Below are positions 20,003 to 30,764 of a DNA stretch of 64,000 nt, in pieces. A program made the position numbers and the translations under genes. A model generated the notes under the pieces. The model saw only the letters and a list, made by a program, of their open reading frames with translations. It was not told the DNA's origin and did no database searches. Source of the DNA: Candidatus Latescibacterota bacterium (GTDB taxonomy: Bacteria > Latescibacterota > UBA2968); the NCBI GenBank assembly GCA_965204375.1, contig OZ241986.1, positions 3,872,001-3,936,000 on the forward strand, read 5' to 3'. The stretch's first letter is position 1; each line of letters begins with the position of its first letter.

Positions 20003-23000
20003 ATGAAGCACTGGTGGATGCGCCGACTACAACTCGGCCTTTTGGGGATTGCGATAATTTTAATAGCTATGTGGGGATGCGGACGCGAGCGCGTAAATCC
20101 GGTTGACTCACAATTTGAAGGAACCACGACGACTTTGAATCCGCCGGGCAATATTCGCGCCCAGGGCGGTATTGGACGGATCACTTTGAACTGGAATCCC
20201 GTGAACAGCACCAACCTTGCGGGATACGGAATATGGCGGTCAACATCGGCTACGGCCGACTTTGTGCTATTGCGCGGCGAATCATCCGTTCCCGACGTGA
20301 CGACAGCACGCACGACTTATGTGGATTCGACAATAGATGCCAATGTATCGAAAATATACTTTTATAAACTCAGCACCGTAGATGTAGAAGGACAAGCAAG
20401 CGAATTATCTACATTTGTAAGTGCAGAAGTCCTCGATGACACGCGGGCACCGGCTATGCCGACAAATTTCGTCGCCATCACCGATGCCGATGGCAAACAG
20501 GTGACACTGGGCTGGTCAGCGCCAGAAATGGATGTGGGCAATCAGGAATTGACCGGCTTGTCCGGGTACAGGGTTTTCAGAATCAAAGATTCGCAGGGCA
20601 AACTCCAGATACAGGGTTCGCAGGCAGCTCTGGTCCAACTCGCCACAGAACTGGGCATTGACCTCGATAATCTGGGAGAAATATCCGACGATTTGAAGGA
20701 TATTTTTGTTGAACTTGGAACCGTGCCAGCCGGCCAAACTTATTTTCTCGATACCGATGGACTCGAAGCTGGCGTACTTCACGTTTATGTGGTCATCGCC
20801 GTTGATCCAGAAGGCAACATCGGGCCTCCAGCACTTGCTTTAGTGACTATAAACGCACCGGGCGCGAACGTACCAGTGCCTGCTAACTTGCGCGCGACAA
20901 AAAATGAACAGGCGCGTATTGTCATATCCTGGAATCCCGTAAACGATCCCAACTTGCTGGGCTATCTGGTCTCGCGGTCACAATCGACACAAGGTCCCTT
21001 CACACCCGTAACAAGCGATACGCTCTTTACCACGGGACAGACGACCTATGTCGATTCGCTTGTCGCGACCGATCAAGTGTACTACTACAAAGTTCAAACC
21101 GTTGTACAAGACCCCAATCTCGGGCTATTGCGCAGTGATACTTCCACTTTTATCGACGGACAGGCACTTGCCGACCAGAGTGCTCCTGGCGCGCCCTCAG
21201 ATCTCATCGTCAGCCTGGACGATGATAATTTCCAGCGGGTGATGCTGAACTGGACTGCACCTGTAACAGACAGAAATGGCAATGAACTGACTGGATTGGC
21301 CTCTTTTGAAATCTACCGGTCACGCGATAACAATACATCCTTCGCGCTCATCGCCACAGTATCGAGCGATCAGGTGAGTTTTGTAGATACTTCTGTCGAA
21401 TTACTCACGACGTATTTCTATGCCGTCAGAGCATTGGATCAGGCCGGCAATGCCGGACCCCGGTCTCAGCCGATATCTGTGACCACCAGGGGATTTGCCA
21501 TCCCGCGCAACGTGCGGGCAACTTCTGGTGTGCAGAAAATCACCTTGACCTGGACGGCAAACACCGAGCCTGAATTGACCGGATATGAAATATTGCGCTT
21601 TACAGATCCCACGCATGAAACACCTGACAAAACCTTCTCTTCTGTGTTGACGACCTATGTGGATACCCCCGTCACAGCAGATCAACCCTTTGTCTATCGG
21701 GTGCGTGCGGTTGGCACCGCCAATGTGAAGAGCGAATTGTCTCCCCCCGTCTCTGCCCAGGCCACGGAAGCTGCTCCAGTTCTGGCAGCACCGCGCAATG
21801 TGCAGGCAAGGGGTGGGATTGGTCACATTACCATCACCTGGGCGGCAAACACCGAGCCTGAACTGACCGGGTATCGCGTCATGCGCTATACAGACCCGGC
21901 ACAGACAGTGGCCGAAGCGACCTTCGCGACAGTGCAGACGACTTATGTCGATTCTCCGCTGGTATCGGGACAGACCTATGTCTATCGCGTACAGGCGGTT
22001 GGTACCAATAACGAAAAAAGCGAACAATCGCTCTATGCCTCCGCAACCGTCTCAGCCGATCAGAGCCCTCCCGGCGCGCCCTCGGATCTCATCGCCAGCC
22101 TGGACGATGATAATTTCCAGCGCGTGCTCATCAGCTGGACGGCTCCCACAAGAGACAGCAATGGCAATGAACTGACCGGATTGACCTCCTTTGAAATCTA
22201 CCGGTCGCGCGAGAACAATACATCCTTTGCGCTGATCGCCGCAGTATCGAGCAATCAAATGAGTTATGAGGACACATCTGTCGAGTTATTGACGCGATAC
22301 TTTTATGCAGTCAGAGCATTGGATCAGGCCGGCAATGCCGGACCCCGGTCTCAGCCAGTATCTGTGACCACCAAAGGATTTGCCATCCCGCGCAACGTGC
22401 AGGCGACTGGTGGTGAGCTGAAAATTACCTTGACCTGGGCGGCAAACACCGAGCCGGAATTGACTGGATATGAGATCTTGCGCTTTACAGATCCCACAGA
22501 TGAAACACCTGACAGGATCTTCTCTTCTGTGTTGACGACCTATGTGGACACCCCTGTCACAGCCGGACAGACCTTTGTGTATCGGGTGAGGGCAGTTGGT
22601 CCCTCAAATTTGAAGAGCGATCTATCTGCCTTTGTCTCTGCGCAGGCCATTGAGCCGCCTCCGGTTCTGGCAGCACCGCGCAATGTGCGAGCCATTGGTG
22701 GTGAGTTGAAAATCACCTTGACCTGGACGGCAAACACCGAGCCGGAATTGACTGGATATGAGATCTTGCGCTTTATAGATCCCACAGATGAAACACCTGA
22801 CAGGATCTTCTCTTCTGTGTTGACGACCTATGTGGACACCCCTGTCACAGCCGGACAGCCTTTTGTCTATCGGGTGCGGGCAGTTGGTGCCGCCAATGAG
22901 AAGAGCGAACTATCGGTCTTTGTCTCTGCACAGGCCACCGAGCCGCCTCCGGTTCTGGCAGCACCGCGCAATGTACGCGCGACTGCTGGAATTGAGTATA

Positions 23001-23872
23001 TCGCCATCACCTGGGCGGCAAACACCGAGCCGGAACTGATTGGGTATCGCGTCATGCGCTATACAGACCCGGCACAGACAGTGGCCGAAGCGACCTTTAT
23101 GACCGTGCATACGACTTATGTCGATTCGCCGCTGGTAGCGGATCAGACCTATATATATCGCGTGCAAGCGGTTGGTGTAAATAACACAGAAAGCGAATCA
23201 TCGCTATTTGCCTCTGCAGAGGTACTGCCTGATAATAGCCCACCTGCTACCCCCGACAACTTTATCGCTGCTTTGGAAAGTAGTGGCGCAGCGATTGAAT
23301 TGAGTTGGGACGCCCCCATGAGGGATGCAGATGGCGGCGACCTGACTGGACTTGCCAGCTTTGTGATCTATCGCACGGACCCATTGAGTAATAATGTGCT
23401 AACCGTGCTAACAATCGTAGATGCGTCACATCGCGAATATCGCGATATAGACCTGCTCAATCGCACGACTTACAGGTATCAGATCTCTGCCATTGACCAC
23501 CAGGGCAATGAGAGTGAGCGTTCGCCCATCAGGACAGCGACCACAACTGATATAGTCCCCGTGCCTCCAACGGACCTGGTGGCTAATTACAATCCCGTTG
23601 TTCCCGAAATTAATCTGACCTGGACACCCCCTGATAAGTATGACCATTTCATCGTTCAACGGGCAGCAATCGCCGGCGCTGCTTCCGGTGCTGCTATTCG
23701 AAATTTAACAGACGGAGATTATACGACTTTGGAAACCGAGGATCCGATCACAACCACTTCTTATAGCGATAGAGATATTAAAAGTGGTTTCACCTATGTT
23801 TACCGGATCCGCACATCTCTTTCTGGACGGATCAGCGCTCCTTCAGAAACTGATTTTGATTTTTCCCCATAA
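20003..23872 (+). CDS. Fibronectin type III repeat lipoprotein
   Basis: GAGGAG RBS, lipobox MWGC; about 12 FN3-like repeats (I.L.W...GY.I.R...YVD...Y.YRV.AV). Confidence 0.9.
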   Translation: MKHWWMRRLQLGLLGIAIILIAMWGCGRERVNPVDSQFEGTTTTLNPPGNIRAQGGIGRITLNWNPVNSTNLAGYGIWRSTSATADFVLLRGESSVPDVTTARTTYVDSTIDANVSKIYFYKLSTVDVEGQASELSTFVSAEVLDDTRAPAMPTNFVAITDADGKQVTLGWSAPEMDVGNQELTGLSGYRVFRIKDSQGKLQIQGSQAALVQLATELGIDLDNLGEISDDLKDIFVELGTVPAGQTYFLDTDGLEAGVLHVYVVIAVDPEGNIGPPALALVTINAPGANVPVPANLRATKNEQARIVISWNPVNDPNLLGYLVSRSQSTQGPFTPVTSDTLFTTGQTTYVDSLVATDQVYYYKVQTVVQDPNLGLLRSDTSTFIDGQALADQSAPGAPSDLIVSLDDDNFQRVMLNWTAPVTDRNGNELTGLASFEIYRSRDNNTSFALIATVSSDQVSFVDTSVELLTTYFYAVRALDQAGNAGPRSQPISVTTRGFAIPRNVRATSGVQKITLTWTANTEPELTGYEILRFTDPTHETPDKTFSSVLTTYVDTPVTADQPFVYRVRAVGTANVKSELSPPVSAQATEAAPVLAAPRNVQARGGIGHITITWAANTEPELTGYRVMRYTDPAQTVAEATFATVQTTYVDSPLVSGQTYVYRVQAVGTNNEKSEQSLYASATVSADQSPPGAPSDLIASLDDDNFQRVLISWTAPTRDSNGNELTGLTSFEIYRSRENNTSFALIAAVSSNQMSYEDTSVELLTRYFYAVRALDQAGNAGPRSQPVSVTTKGFAIPRNVQATGGELKITLTWAANTEPELTGYEILRFTDPTDETPDRIFSSVLTTYVDTPVTAGQTFVYRVRAVGPSNLKSDLSAFVSAQAIEPPPVLAAPRNVRAIGGELKITLTWTANTEPELTGYEILRFIDPTDETPDRIFSSVLTTYVDTPVTAGQPFVYRVRAVGAANEKSELSVFVSAQATEPPPVLAAPRNVRATAGIEYIAITWAANTEPELIGYRVMRYTDPAQTVAEATFMTVHTTYVDSPLVADQTYIYRVQAVGVNNTESESSLFASAEVLPDNSPPATPDNFIAALESSGAAIELSWDAPMRDADGGDLTGLASFVIYRTDPLSNNVLTVLTIVDASHREYRDIDLLNRTTYRYQISAIDHQGNESERSPIRTATTTDIVPVPPTDLVANYNPVVPEINLTWTPPDKYDHFIVQRAAIAGAASGAAIRNLTDGDYTTLETEDPITTTSYSDRDIKSGFTYVYRIRTSLSGRISAPSETDFDFSP

Positions 23873-23889
23873 AGAGCCAGCGAGAAAGG

Positions 23890-23931
23890 AAAAAATGGCG
23901 TCCTTCTCTTTTGAAGGACGCCATTTTTTTT
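23890..23931. terminator. Bidirectional intrinsic terminator
   Basis: AAAAATGGCGTCCTTC / GAAGGACGCCATTTTT perfect stem with A and T tracts. Confidence 0.9.
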
Positions 23932-24039
23932 ATAAATAGAAGCCAACTGTCGCCTTTTATGCGTCAGATGTACGAGTTAAAAATTTTCATGATCTCTTTA
24001 ACTGATTCTTTATCAACATGTTATAAATTTTGTCATCTC

Positions 24040-24055
24040 TGGCACAAAATGTGCA
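24040..24055 (+). promoter_or_regulatory. Sigma-54 (-24/-12) promoter
   Basis: TGGCACAAAATGTGCA: GG-N10-GC spacing, 36 nt upstream of the activator ATG. Confidence 0.65.
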
Positions 24056-24091
24056 TGATGTCTCTTGTAAAACTTACACATTGGAGGTTTT

Positions 24092-25429
24092 ATGGGAGAC
24101 ATACTGATTGTCGATGGAAACCCGCAACGCGCAATGCAATTGGCGCAACTGGCAGAAGAACTGGGCACAAACGCGCGCATAGCGGGTTCTTTTTATCACT
24201 GCTTGAAACGTATAGAAGAAAAAATCCCCGACCTCGCCCTTGTCGCTGAAACCCTCCCCGACGGACGGGGATTAAAGCTACTTCCCGTATTTGATAATCT
24301 ATGCCCCGTCGTGATTGTGGGTGAATATATGGCATCTGACAGAATACTCGAAGCTTTGTCGTTGGGCGCACGCGATTTTCTCGTACATCCCATTGATCGG
24401 CAGACCCTGGATATTCTGATCTCTCAATTGCAGGTTGAGGGTAAAATCGCGCTGCACTATCTGTCTCAAAACCCCAGAAATGAGTCCCCCACGGGGATGG
24501 TGATTGGATCGTGTCCAGACATGTTACTCGCACTCAAGCACGCGGGCCTATCAGCGCGAACATCGGCTTCTGTCCTGATTTATGGAGAAAGTGGAACCGG
24601 AAAAGAGTTGATGGCACGAGAAATTCATCGGGCTTCTGGACGGTCGGGGACATTCGTAGCACTCAATTGTGCGGCAATAGCAGAAAGCATTGCCGAAAGT
24701 GAACTCTTCGGGCATGAGCGGGGCGCTTTTACCGGTGCCATAACCCGTCGGGCAGGGTGTTTTGAACAAGCCGATGGCGGCACGCTTTTTCTCGACGAAA
24801 TTGGTGAGGCTTCGCCTGCATTTCAAGCCAAGCTGTTGCGGGTCTTAGACCGCGGTGAATTTGTCAGAGTTGGCGGGCAATCACCCATACAAACGCAGGT
24901 TCGGGTAATTGCGGCCACCAACCGCGACCTCAATTCCATGATCGAACAAGGCGAATTTCGCCCGGATTTGTTTTACAGGCTCAGTGCCGTGACCATATCC
25001 CTCCCCCCTCTGCGAGAGCGCAGCGAAGATATTCCACACATTGTTCAGGCAATGCTAACGCGATTGAAAGCCGATGTGGGCGTGGAGGTTCAAGGGGTTT
25101 CTGAAGCGGCGGTTGCATATCTGGCAGGATGTGAATGGCCGGGGAATTTAAGGGAATTGCATCACGCCATTTACCGCGCAGCCCTGGCCTGTCAAAAAGG
25201 GGTAATTCGCCCCGAGCATCTCGATGTGCTCAGCCACACACAGTCCGGCGCACCAGACAAAATTGAAACCTTGAATGAAATTGAGCAGGCGCATATTGAG
25301 CGGGTGATGCTCGTCACTGGTGGCAATCAGGGGCGAGCCTGTGAGTTGCTCGGAATATCCAGACCGACATTGAGACGAAAAATACGCCGATACGCATTTG
25401 AAAGAGCAAAAAATGGTCAGGTGTGTTAG
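24092..25429 (+). CDS. Sigma-54-dependent transcriptional activator (NtrC-like) with degenerate receiver domain
   Basis: [28 protein letters not shown], Fis-type HTH. Confidence 0.95.
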   Translation: MGDILIVDGNPQRAMQLAQLAEELGTNARIAGSFYHCLKRIEEKIPDLALVAETLPDGRGLKLLPVFDNLCPVVIVGEYMASDRILEALSLGARDFLVHPIDRQTLDILISQLQVEGKIALHYLSQNPRNESPTGMVIGSCPDMLLALKHAGLSARTSASVLIYGESGTGKELMAREIHRASGRSGTFVALNCAAIAESIAESELFGHERGAFTGAITRRAGCFEQADGGTLFLDEIGEASPAFQAKLLRVLDRGEFVRVGGQSPIQTQVRVIAATNRDLNSMIEQGEFRPDLFYRLSAVTISLPPLRERSEDIPHIVQAMLTRLKADVGVEVQGVSEAAVAYLAGCEWPGNLRELHHAIYRAALACQKGVIRPEHLDVLSHTQSGAPDKIETLNEIEQAHIERVMLVTGGNQGRACELLGISRPTLRRKIRRYAFERAKNGQVC

Positions 25430-25495
25430 ACCTTGACTTGGAAAAGAGTGCGACTCATACTATGATGAATACTCAATCTTTTTCAGGAGGTATGT

Positions 25496-26662
25496 ATGGG
25501 ATTTCTCATTGATCTGGTCTGCACAAAAACGGACAAAGCGTATTCAAAAGATCAGCTCTGGAATCTGAGTCCAGAGGCAGAGGCGCCGTTATTTGCCCGA
25601 TATGATCTCGATGCGGTTGCAAAAGCCATGCGCCGGGAAAAACTCGCAGAACGAGTACCGACAATGTGGCGTTATGCCGAAGTTTTGCCCGTCGAAAACG
25701 AGCAATTTCAGGTGAGTCTCGGCGAAGGGTTCACCCCCTTGTTGCAAGCAACATCACTGGGACGAAAAATCGGTGTACCAAAGCTGTACATCAAAGACGA
25801 AGGCTTAAATCCAACGGGATCATTTAAGGCGCGAGGCATGTCAGCGGCAATTTCAAGAGCAGCGGAATTGGGCGCTCAGGCCATTGCCATTCCCTCGGCC
25901 GGCAATGCAGGTGGCGCAACAGCTGCGTATGCTGCGCGAGCGGGCTTGCCAGCGCATATTTTTATGCCCAAAGATGTACCACAGGCCAATTACATCGAAT
26001 GCAAGGTCCTGGGCGCACACGTCGAATTGATCGACGGTCTGATTTCCGATTGCGGAAAAATTGTGGCGTCGCGCAAAGAAGCCGAGGGCTGGTTTGATAT
26101 CTCGACCCTGAAAGAGCCATACCGCGTAGAAGGCAAAAAAACAATGGGCTATGAATTGGCCGAACAATTTGATTGGGAATTGCCAGAAGTCATCATCTAT
26201 CCAACCGGAGGAGGCACGGGACTAATAGGCATGTGGAAGGCATTTGACGAAATGGAACAAATGGGATGGATTGGCCCAGAACGCCCCCGTATGATTTCCG
26301 TACAAGCGGCGGGATGCGCGCCCATTGTTCGGGCTTATCGCGCAGGAGATGAACACGCGGAACCCTGGATCGATCCCGAAACAATCGCCGCAGGTCTGCG
26401 CGTCCCCGCTGCCGTAGGCGACTTTTTGATGCTCAAAGCCATTCGCGAAAGCGGTGGGTGCGCGCTCTCCGTCACAGATGAAGAACTGATGGCATCCGCA
26501 TCAAAAATGGCTGTTGCCGTGGGATCATTTCCCGCACCCGAAGGCGCAGCCACCCTCTCCGCCCTCGAAAAACTCATCGCACAAAATCTGGTCAGCGACC
26601 GCGAGCGCGTCGTATTATTCAACACGGGGACGGGATTAAAATACATCGAACTATTTCAGTAA
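25496..26662 (+). CDS. thrC: Threonine synthase
   Basis: NPTGSFKARG PLP lysine, SAGNAG, EGKKT, PTGGGTG, NTGTGLKY. Confidence 0.9.
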   Translation: MGFLIDLVCTKTDKAYSKDQLWNLSPEAEAPLFARYDLDAVAKAMRREKLAERVPTMWRYAEVLPVENEQFQVSLGEGFTPLLQATSLGRKIGVPKLYIKDEGLNPTGSFKARGMSAAISRAAELGAQAIAIPSAGNAGGATAAYAARAGLPAHIFMPKDVPQANYIECKVLGAHVELIDGLISDCGKIVASRKEAEGWFDISTLKEPYRVEGKKTMGYELAEQFDWELPEVIIYPTGGGTGLIGMWKAFDEMEQMGWIGPERPRMISVQAAGCAPIVRAYRAGDEHAEPWIDPETIAAGLRVPAAVGDFLMLKAIRESGGCALSVTDEELMASASKMAVAVGSFPAPEGAATLSALEKLIAQNLVSDRERVVLFNTGTGLKYIELFQ

Positions 26663-27964
26663 AACAGCATCTGCAGCCGCGTACCCGCTTCTGACAGCAC
26701 CTTCAATAGTCGGCGGCAATCCAGTATCTGTCCAATCGCCCGCGAGAAACAAACGGGGATGTGGCGTCCGGGTTTTGGGCACTGAATAAGAAAGTGGCAA
26801 CGCACAAGTCGCCGCGTGTTCGCATATCACTCTGGCTTGTAATACCTCGGCACGCCTACTTTCGGGAAAGACCTGATGAAGTTCTCTACAAGATAGGTCA
26901 ATAAGGTCTTCATTTGACATGTGTAAAAGATGATGCGCCGCAGATGCAACCATGGTGAGAAAGCCCTCAGAAGCGCGGTCATAGTCGCCATAGAGCACGG
27001 GCTTGTTAAAAACCCATTCCATTGTCGTACCGAGCAACCCGCACATGGGTTCACGCATAATGGGCCGATCAAACCACAAGTTGACGGAAAAAATCGGCGA
27101 TGGCTCGTATTGACAAAGCGTGTGATGGAGTTCGGCAAAAGTCGTCGCACAAATCATCTTGGCGAGTTGCAGCGGAGGAACCGCCGCAATACACATATCT
27201 GTGTCTATCACATCTCCTGATCGGATATGGATGCGAACGCCCGAAGGGGCAGGCACAATAGACGTCACAGCTTTTCCACACAGCACCTCACCATCCCGTT
27301 TTGAGATATATTCCCGTGCGCGATTCTCAAACAAACCGCTCAGGCCCGTCCGCGCATATCCCAAACGCGCACCATCCGGTTCACCCCAAAAAGCTTCTCG
27401 CAGCACGGCTTGAAGATATCGCGCACTGGCATTTTGCGGTCGCTGGTTGAGAGCCGCAATACAAAGCGGATCCCAGAAAGCCCTCCGCATGCGCGATTTC
27501 TGACCACAATGGTCGAGCCATGCATCCACCGTAAGACCGGTATCGAGATCTTTGGTCAACTCCGCTTTAATTTTTCTCAATGGCGGAATATCTGTCCAGT
27601 GAACCGCGCCAAATCGCAAAAAGCCAGACAGCAAATTTATCGGCGTGGGCAAAAAGGCTGGAAATCTCAATGTGTACGCGCCATCATCGGCGTGGCGAAA
27701 GTCTATTCTGAACTGAGGTTGAAACACCACATCGTCGCGTGCACCAATCCGCTCGAGAAAATCGAGCGTCTCCCGATAGCACTTCATCAACAGATGCTGC
27801 CCATTATCAACCGTATCGCCCGTAACGGGATCTGTAAATGAAAAGGTACGCCCCCCCAATTGCTGCCGCCGCTCCAAAAGCGTAACGGAATATCCCGCAT
27901 CGCAAAGGCGGACAGCTGCTGCAAGACCAGCAAATCCTCCCCCGATTATGGTCACGCGTTTCAC
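26651..27964 (-). CDS. hpnE: Hydroxysqualene dehydroxylase
   Basis: GGGFAGLAAA dinucleotide fold, DNGQH, LAGDWTDTGLPPTIEGAVRSG; GTG start at 27964; follows hpnCD. Confidence 0.9.
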   Translation of the reverse strand: MKRVTIIGGGFAGLAAAVRLCDAGYSVTLLERRQQLGGRTFSFTDPVTGDTVDNGQHLLMKCYRETLDFLERIGARDDVVFQPQFRIDFRHADDGAYTLRFPAFLPTPINLLSGFLRFGAVHWTDIPPLRKIKAELTKDLDTGLTVDAWLDHCGQKSRMRRAFWDPLCIAALNQRPQNASARYLQAVLREAFWGEPDGARLGYARTGLSGLFENRAREYISKRDGEVLCGKAVTSIVPAPSGVRIHIRSGDVIDTDMCIAAVPPLQLAKMICATTFAELHHTLCQYEPSPIFSVNLWFDRPIMREPMCGLLGTTMEWVFNKPVLYGDYDRASEGFLTMVASAAHHLLHMSNEDLIDLSCRELHQVFPESRRAEVLQARVICEHAATCALPLSYSVPKTRTPHPRLFLAGDWTDTGLPPTIEGAVRSGYAAADAVLLK

Positions 27965-27966
27965 AA

Positions 27967-28815
27967 TCACCCCCAGGCGAAACGACTGCCCAGCCAATAG
28001 CGCAGCGCAATGCCCAGCTTGTGCAAATCGTTGAGGCGAATAGACGCACCAAAAACATCGTAATTGGCACGCTGGATCTTCACGAGCAACTGGGCATAAA
28101 TTTTGCCCATAATCTGCGCCGAAAACATGGCAGCCCGGTCCTCGGCGGGAAGCAATTCTTCGGCTGTTTGATAAAAGGTCCACGCGCGTTGCGCTTGAAA
28201 CCGCATCAGATCGATAAACGCGGCATTATAATCTCCCCGGGCAAGAGCCTCTTCCGGATATCCAAACCGCGCCATCTCTTCCTGCGGAAGATAAATGCGG
28301 TCCTGTTGCCAATCCGTATGCACATCTCGCAATATATTCGTCAGTTGAAGCGCGAGACCCAGATTGACGGCGTATTCGCGGGTCTGCGGATTGCGATACC
28401 CAAAAATTTCAATACAAATTAACCCCACAACCGATGCGACCCGATAGCAGTATTCGCGCAACTCATCAAACGTCGCATACCGATTCTTAGTCAAATCCAT
28501 CTCAACACCCTCAATAAGCGCCAGAAAATGCGCTTTGGGAATGGGAAAATCCCGCAAAACGCCCTGCAGATTCTGCGCGATTGGATGTGTAGCACTACCT
28601 TTATAGCAAGCGTGGAGTTGCTCACGCCATGCATCGAGGCGGCACCGCGCCTCTTCTGGCGAAGCCGCATCATCCACAATATCATCGGTATGCCGGCTAA
28701 ACGCATAAGCTGAAAAAATGGCCTCGCGTTTTTTCCGCGGCAAAAAAACAAAGGCGTAAAAAAAATTCGTTCGAGCGCCTCGCACGATTTTGGCAATGTG
28801 TTTTTTAAGGTTCAC
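27967..28815 (-). CDS. hpnD: Presqualene diphosphate synthase
   Basis: NFFYAF, DDIVD, YCYRVAS, LQLTNILRDV..D, RIYLP; GTG start overlapping hpnC stop. Confidence 0.92.
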   Translation of the reverse strand: MNLKKHIAKIVRGARTNFFYAFVFLPRKKREAIFSAYAFSRHTDDIVDDAASPEEARCRLDAWREQLHACYKGSATHPIAQNLQGVLRDFPIPKAHFLALIEGVEMDLTKNRYATFDELREYCYRVASVVGLICIEIFGYRNPQTREYAVNLGLALQLTNILRDVHTDWQQDRIYLPQEEMARFGYPEEALARGDYNAAFIDLMRFQAQRAWTFYQTAEELLPAEDRAAMFSAQIMGKIYAQLLVKIQRANYDVFGASIRLNDLHKLGIALRYWLGSRFAWG

Positions 28816-29696
28816 GATTGGACGCCTCGAAAAAAAAGCGTTTTCAACAAAAGCGCGGGCAAATCGCGTTTTGTAATGGTGGGGCGTCGATGAAAAACAT
28901 CGCAATCATTATCGCGGATCTTCTTTAGAATATGCATGCCTCCCAAACAGGTCAACCGCAGTTCAAAACGCAATCGTCCCTTCACCATATCCAGCAGCGG
29001 ATAACCCTCTGCAAAAAGAGCCTGTGTACGATTGATAAGATGATCCAGAAGCTCGCAAAATTCCGGCGTAACGCGCTGATCGCGCAGATCTGAAATCCCC
29101 ACGCCAAACCGTTTGAGATCCTCCTGCGGGAGATACATGCGCCCGCGCGAAAAATCAATCGCAATATCCTGCCAGAAATTGGCGAGTTGCAACGCGCTAC
29201 ATATCGCGTCAGAATGCCGCGCATATCGCTCGCCGCGATACCCAAACAGATGGAGAATAAGCCGCCCCACGGGATTGGCGGAAAAGGTGCAATACGCCAG
29301 CAAATCCCGATAAGTCTGATGGCGATTGGTCGTCACATCCATGCGAAACGCCGTAAGCAAATCCCTGAGCAACTGCACGGGCAGGTCATGCACGCGAATC
29401 GTTTCTGCAAGCGCTGTAAATATCGGACCCGTGGGATCTGAAAGACACGCATCGAGCCGCGCTTCCCACTCAGCCAGATGATCGAGCCGCTCCTGCGCCG
29501 TCAAACCCGGCTCATCGGCAAAATCATCCGCTGTGCGCGCAAACGCATAGATACTATACACATGGGGCCGCACCCGTTTTGGAATGAGCACCGAGCCAAC
29601 CGGAAAATTCTCATAATGCGCGCGGGTCAGTGCCTCGCAATGGGCATAAGCCTCTGCAATCGCAATCCCGTGGGTTTTGTGTGCAATCTGTGACAT
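28812..29696 (-). CDS. hpnC: Squalene synthase HpnC
   Basis: HYENFPVGS, ADDFADE, SANPVGRL, LQLANFWQD; start trimmed to MSQIAH. Confidence 0.93.
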   Translation of the reverse strand: MSQIAHKTHGIAIAEAYAHCEALTRAHYENFPVGSVLIPKRVRPHVYSIYAFARTADDFADEPGLTAQERLDHLAEWEARLDACLSDPTGPIFTALAETIRVHDLPVQLLRDLLTAFRMDVTTNRHQTYRDLLAYCTFSANPVGRLILHLFGYRGERYARHSDAICSALQLANFWQDIAIDFSRGRMYLPQEDLKRFGVGISDLRDQRVTPEFCELLDHLINRTQALFAEGYPLLDMVKGRLRFELRLTCLGGMHILKKIRDNDCDVFHRRPTITKRDLPALLLKTLFFRGVQS

Positions 29697-29702
29697 AAGA
29701 TG

Positions 29703-29731
29703 AAGATACGACAGGGGGGTGGGAAAATCAA
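29703..29731 (-). promoter_or_regulatory. Sigma-70-like promoter of hpnCDE (probably leaderless)
   Basis: TTGATT-N17-TATCTT ending 6 nt before the ATG; no SD. Confidence 0.5.
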
Positions 29732-29738
29732 TATCGGG

Positions 29739-29797
29739 ATCAGGATGGACAGGATGAAAGACAAATCCGCAGATAGACGCAGATGGACGCAGATGAA
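29739..29797. repeat. Short intergenic REP-like tandem motifs
   Basis: CAGGATG x2 and CGCAGAT x3 at 10-nt period. Confidence 0.45.
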
Positions 29798-29946
29798 GAG
29801 GCAAAGCAAACACCGTCAGACGCGGTGTACAACTGGTCGATTTCCAGACCAGTTCACCAGAGCCTGCACTGTAGTGATTCTATCCAGTGATGGACAGGAT
29901 ACACCGCAGTAAGGAAATACATCATGAGAAAAGCACTATAAAAGAG

Positions 29947-29980
29947 AACGCCCCAGCATCGTTGTGCCGGGGCGTTTTTG
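29947..29980. terminator. Repeated terminator hairpin (copy 1 of 5)
   Basis: AACGCCCCAGCATCGTTGTGCCGGGGCGTTTTT; also at about 34395, 37544 (variant), 41949, 43557. Confidence 0.8.
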
Positions 29981-30078
29981 AGTGTCGGGTAAATTTATTC
30001 TGGCCCCACGCTATTCGCGGTAGGAATGCTGTTCGCGGTAGGAATTTGGTACACGGTCATCGTCTATGTACTCGAAAC

Positions 30079-30561
30079 CTACGCTGGCACGTCCAGATTG
30101 GTGTTCCCACCAAGCTCCAGTTCTTTCAGGTTTTTCAGTTGTCTCAACGATGAAGGGATCGAACCCGATAACTGGTTATTCCCAAGCTGTAGTCTTTCCA
30201 GATTTGTCATCTTGCTTAACTCGACTGGAATCGGTCCCGATAGTTCGTTGTCGGAAAGCTCCAGATGTTCCAAGTTTGTCAGTTGTCCTAACTCAACAGG
30301 AATCTGCCCCGATAAATCGTTGTAGGAAAGCCATAGTTTTTTCAGGTTCGTCAGTTGTCCTAATTCTGAAGGTAGCGAGCCCGATAACCGATTCCTATGA
30401 AGCCTCAGCCCGGTCACTCGTCCGGTATCATTGGTCTCTACACCATACCACTCGCTGAGAGGTTTGTCGGTCTTCCAGTTCGTATTGTTGCGCCAATTCG
30501 CCCCATCGGTCGCATCATACAGTGCGATCAGTATCGCCCGTTCATCCTTTTCAATGCGCAT
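30079..30561 (-). CDS. Leucine-rich repeat protein (plant RLK-like LRR)
   Basis: AAGGAGG RBS; ALYDATDG.NW...W.GV cap then LSGxIPxELGxLxxLxxLxL repeats. Confidence 0.92.
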   Translation of the reverse strand: MRIEKDERAILIALYDATDGANWRNNTNWKTDKPLSEWYGVETNDTGRVTGLRLHRNRLSGSLPSELGQLTNLKKLWLSYNDLSGQIPVELGQLTNLEHLELSDNELSGPIPVELSKMTNLERLQLGNNQLSGSIPSSLRQLKNLKELELGGNTNLDVPA

Positions 30562-30764
30562 CAATACATATCCTCCTTTTACTTCACTCACCTTACGAAA
30601 GCAATCACAAATAACCACCGCACAGACCAGAGCACTATAGTGAAGTAATTCAGTGCTACGCTTGTGCGGTGGTTGCTTTTGGTGAACATTCATCCAAATG
30701 ACTGCGTTGTGCTGCGATGCACTACTTATCACAATGATCCGTCGTATGGACTACATTCCCGACC

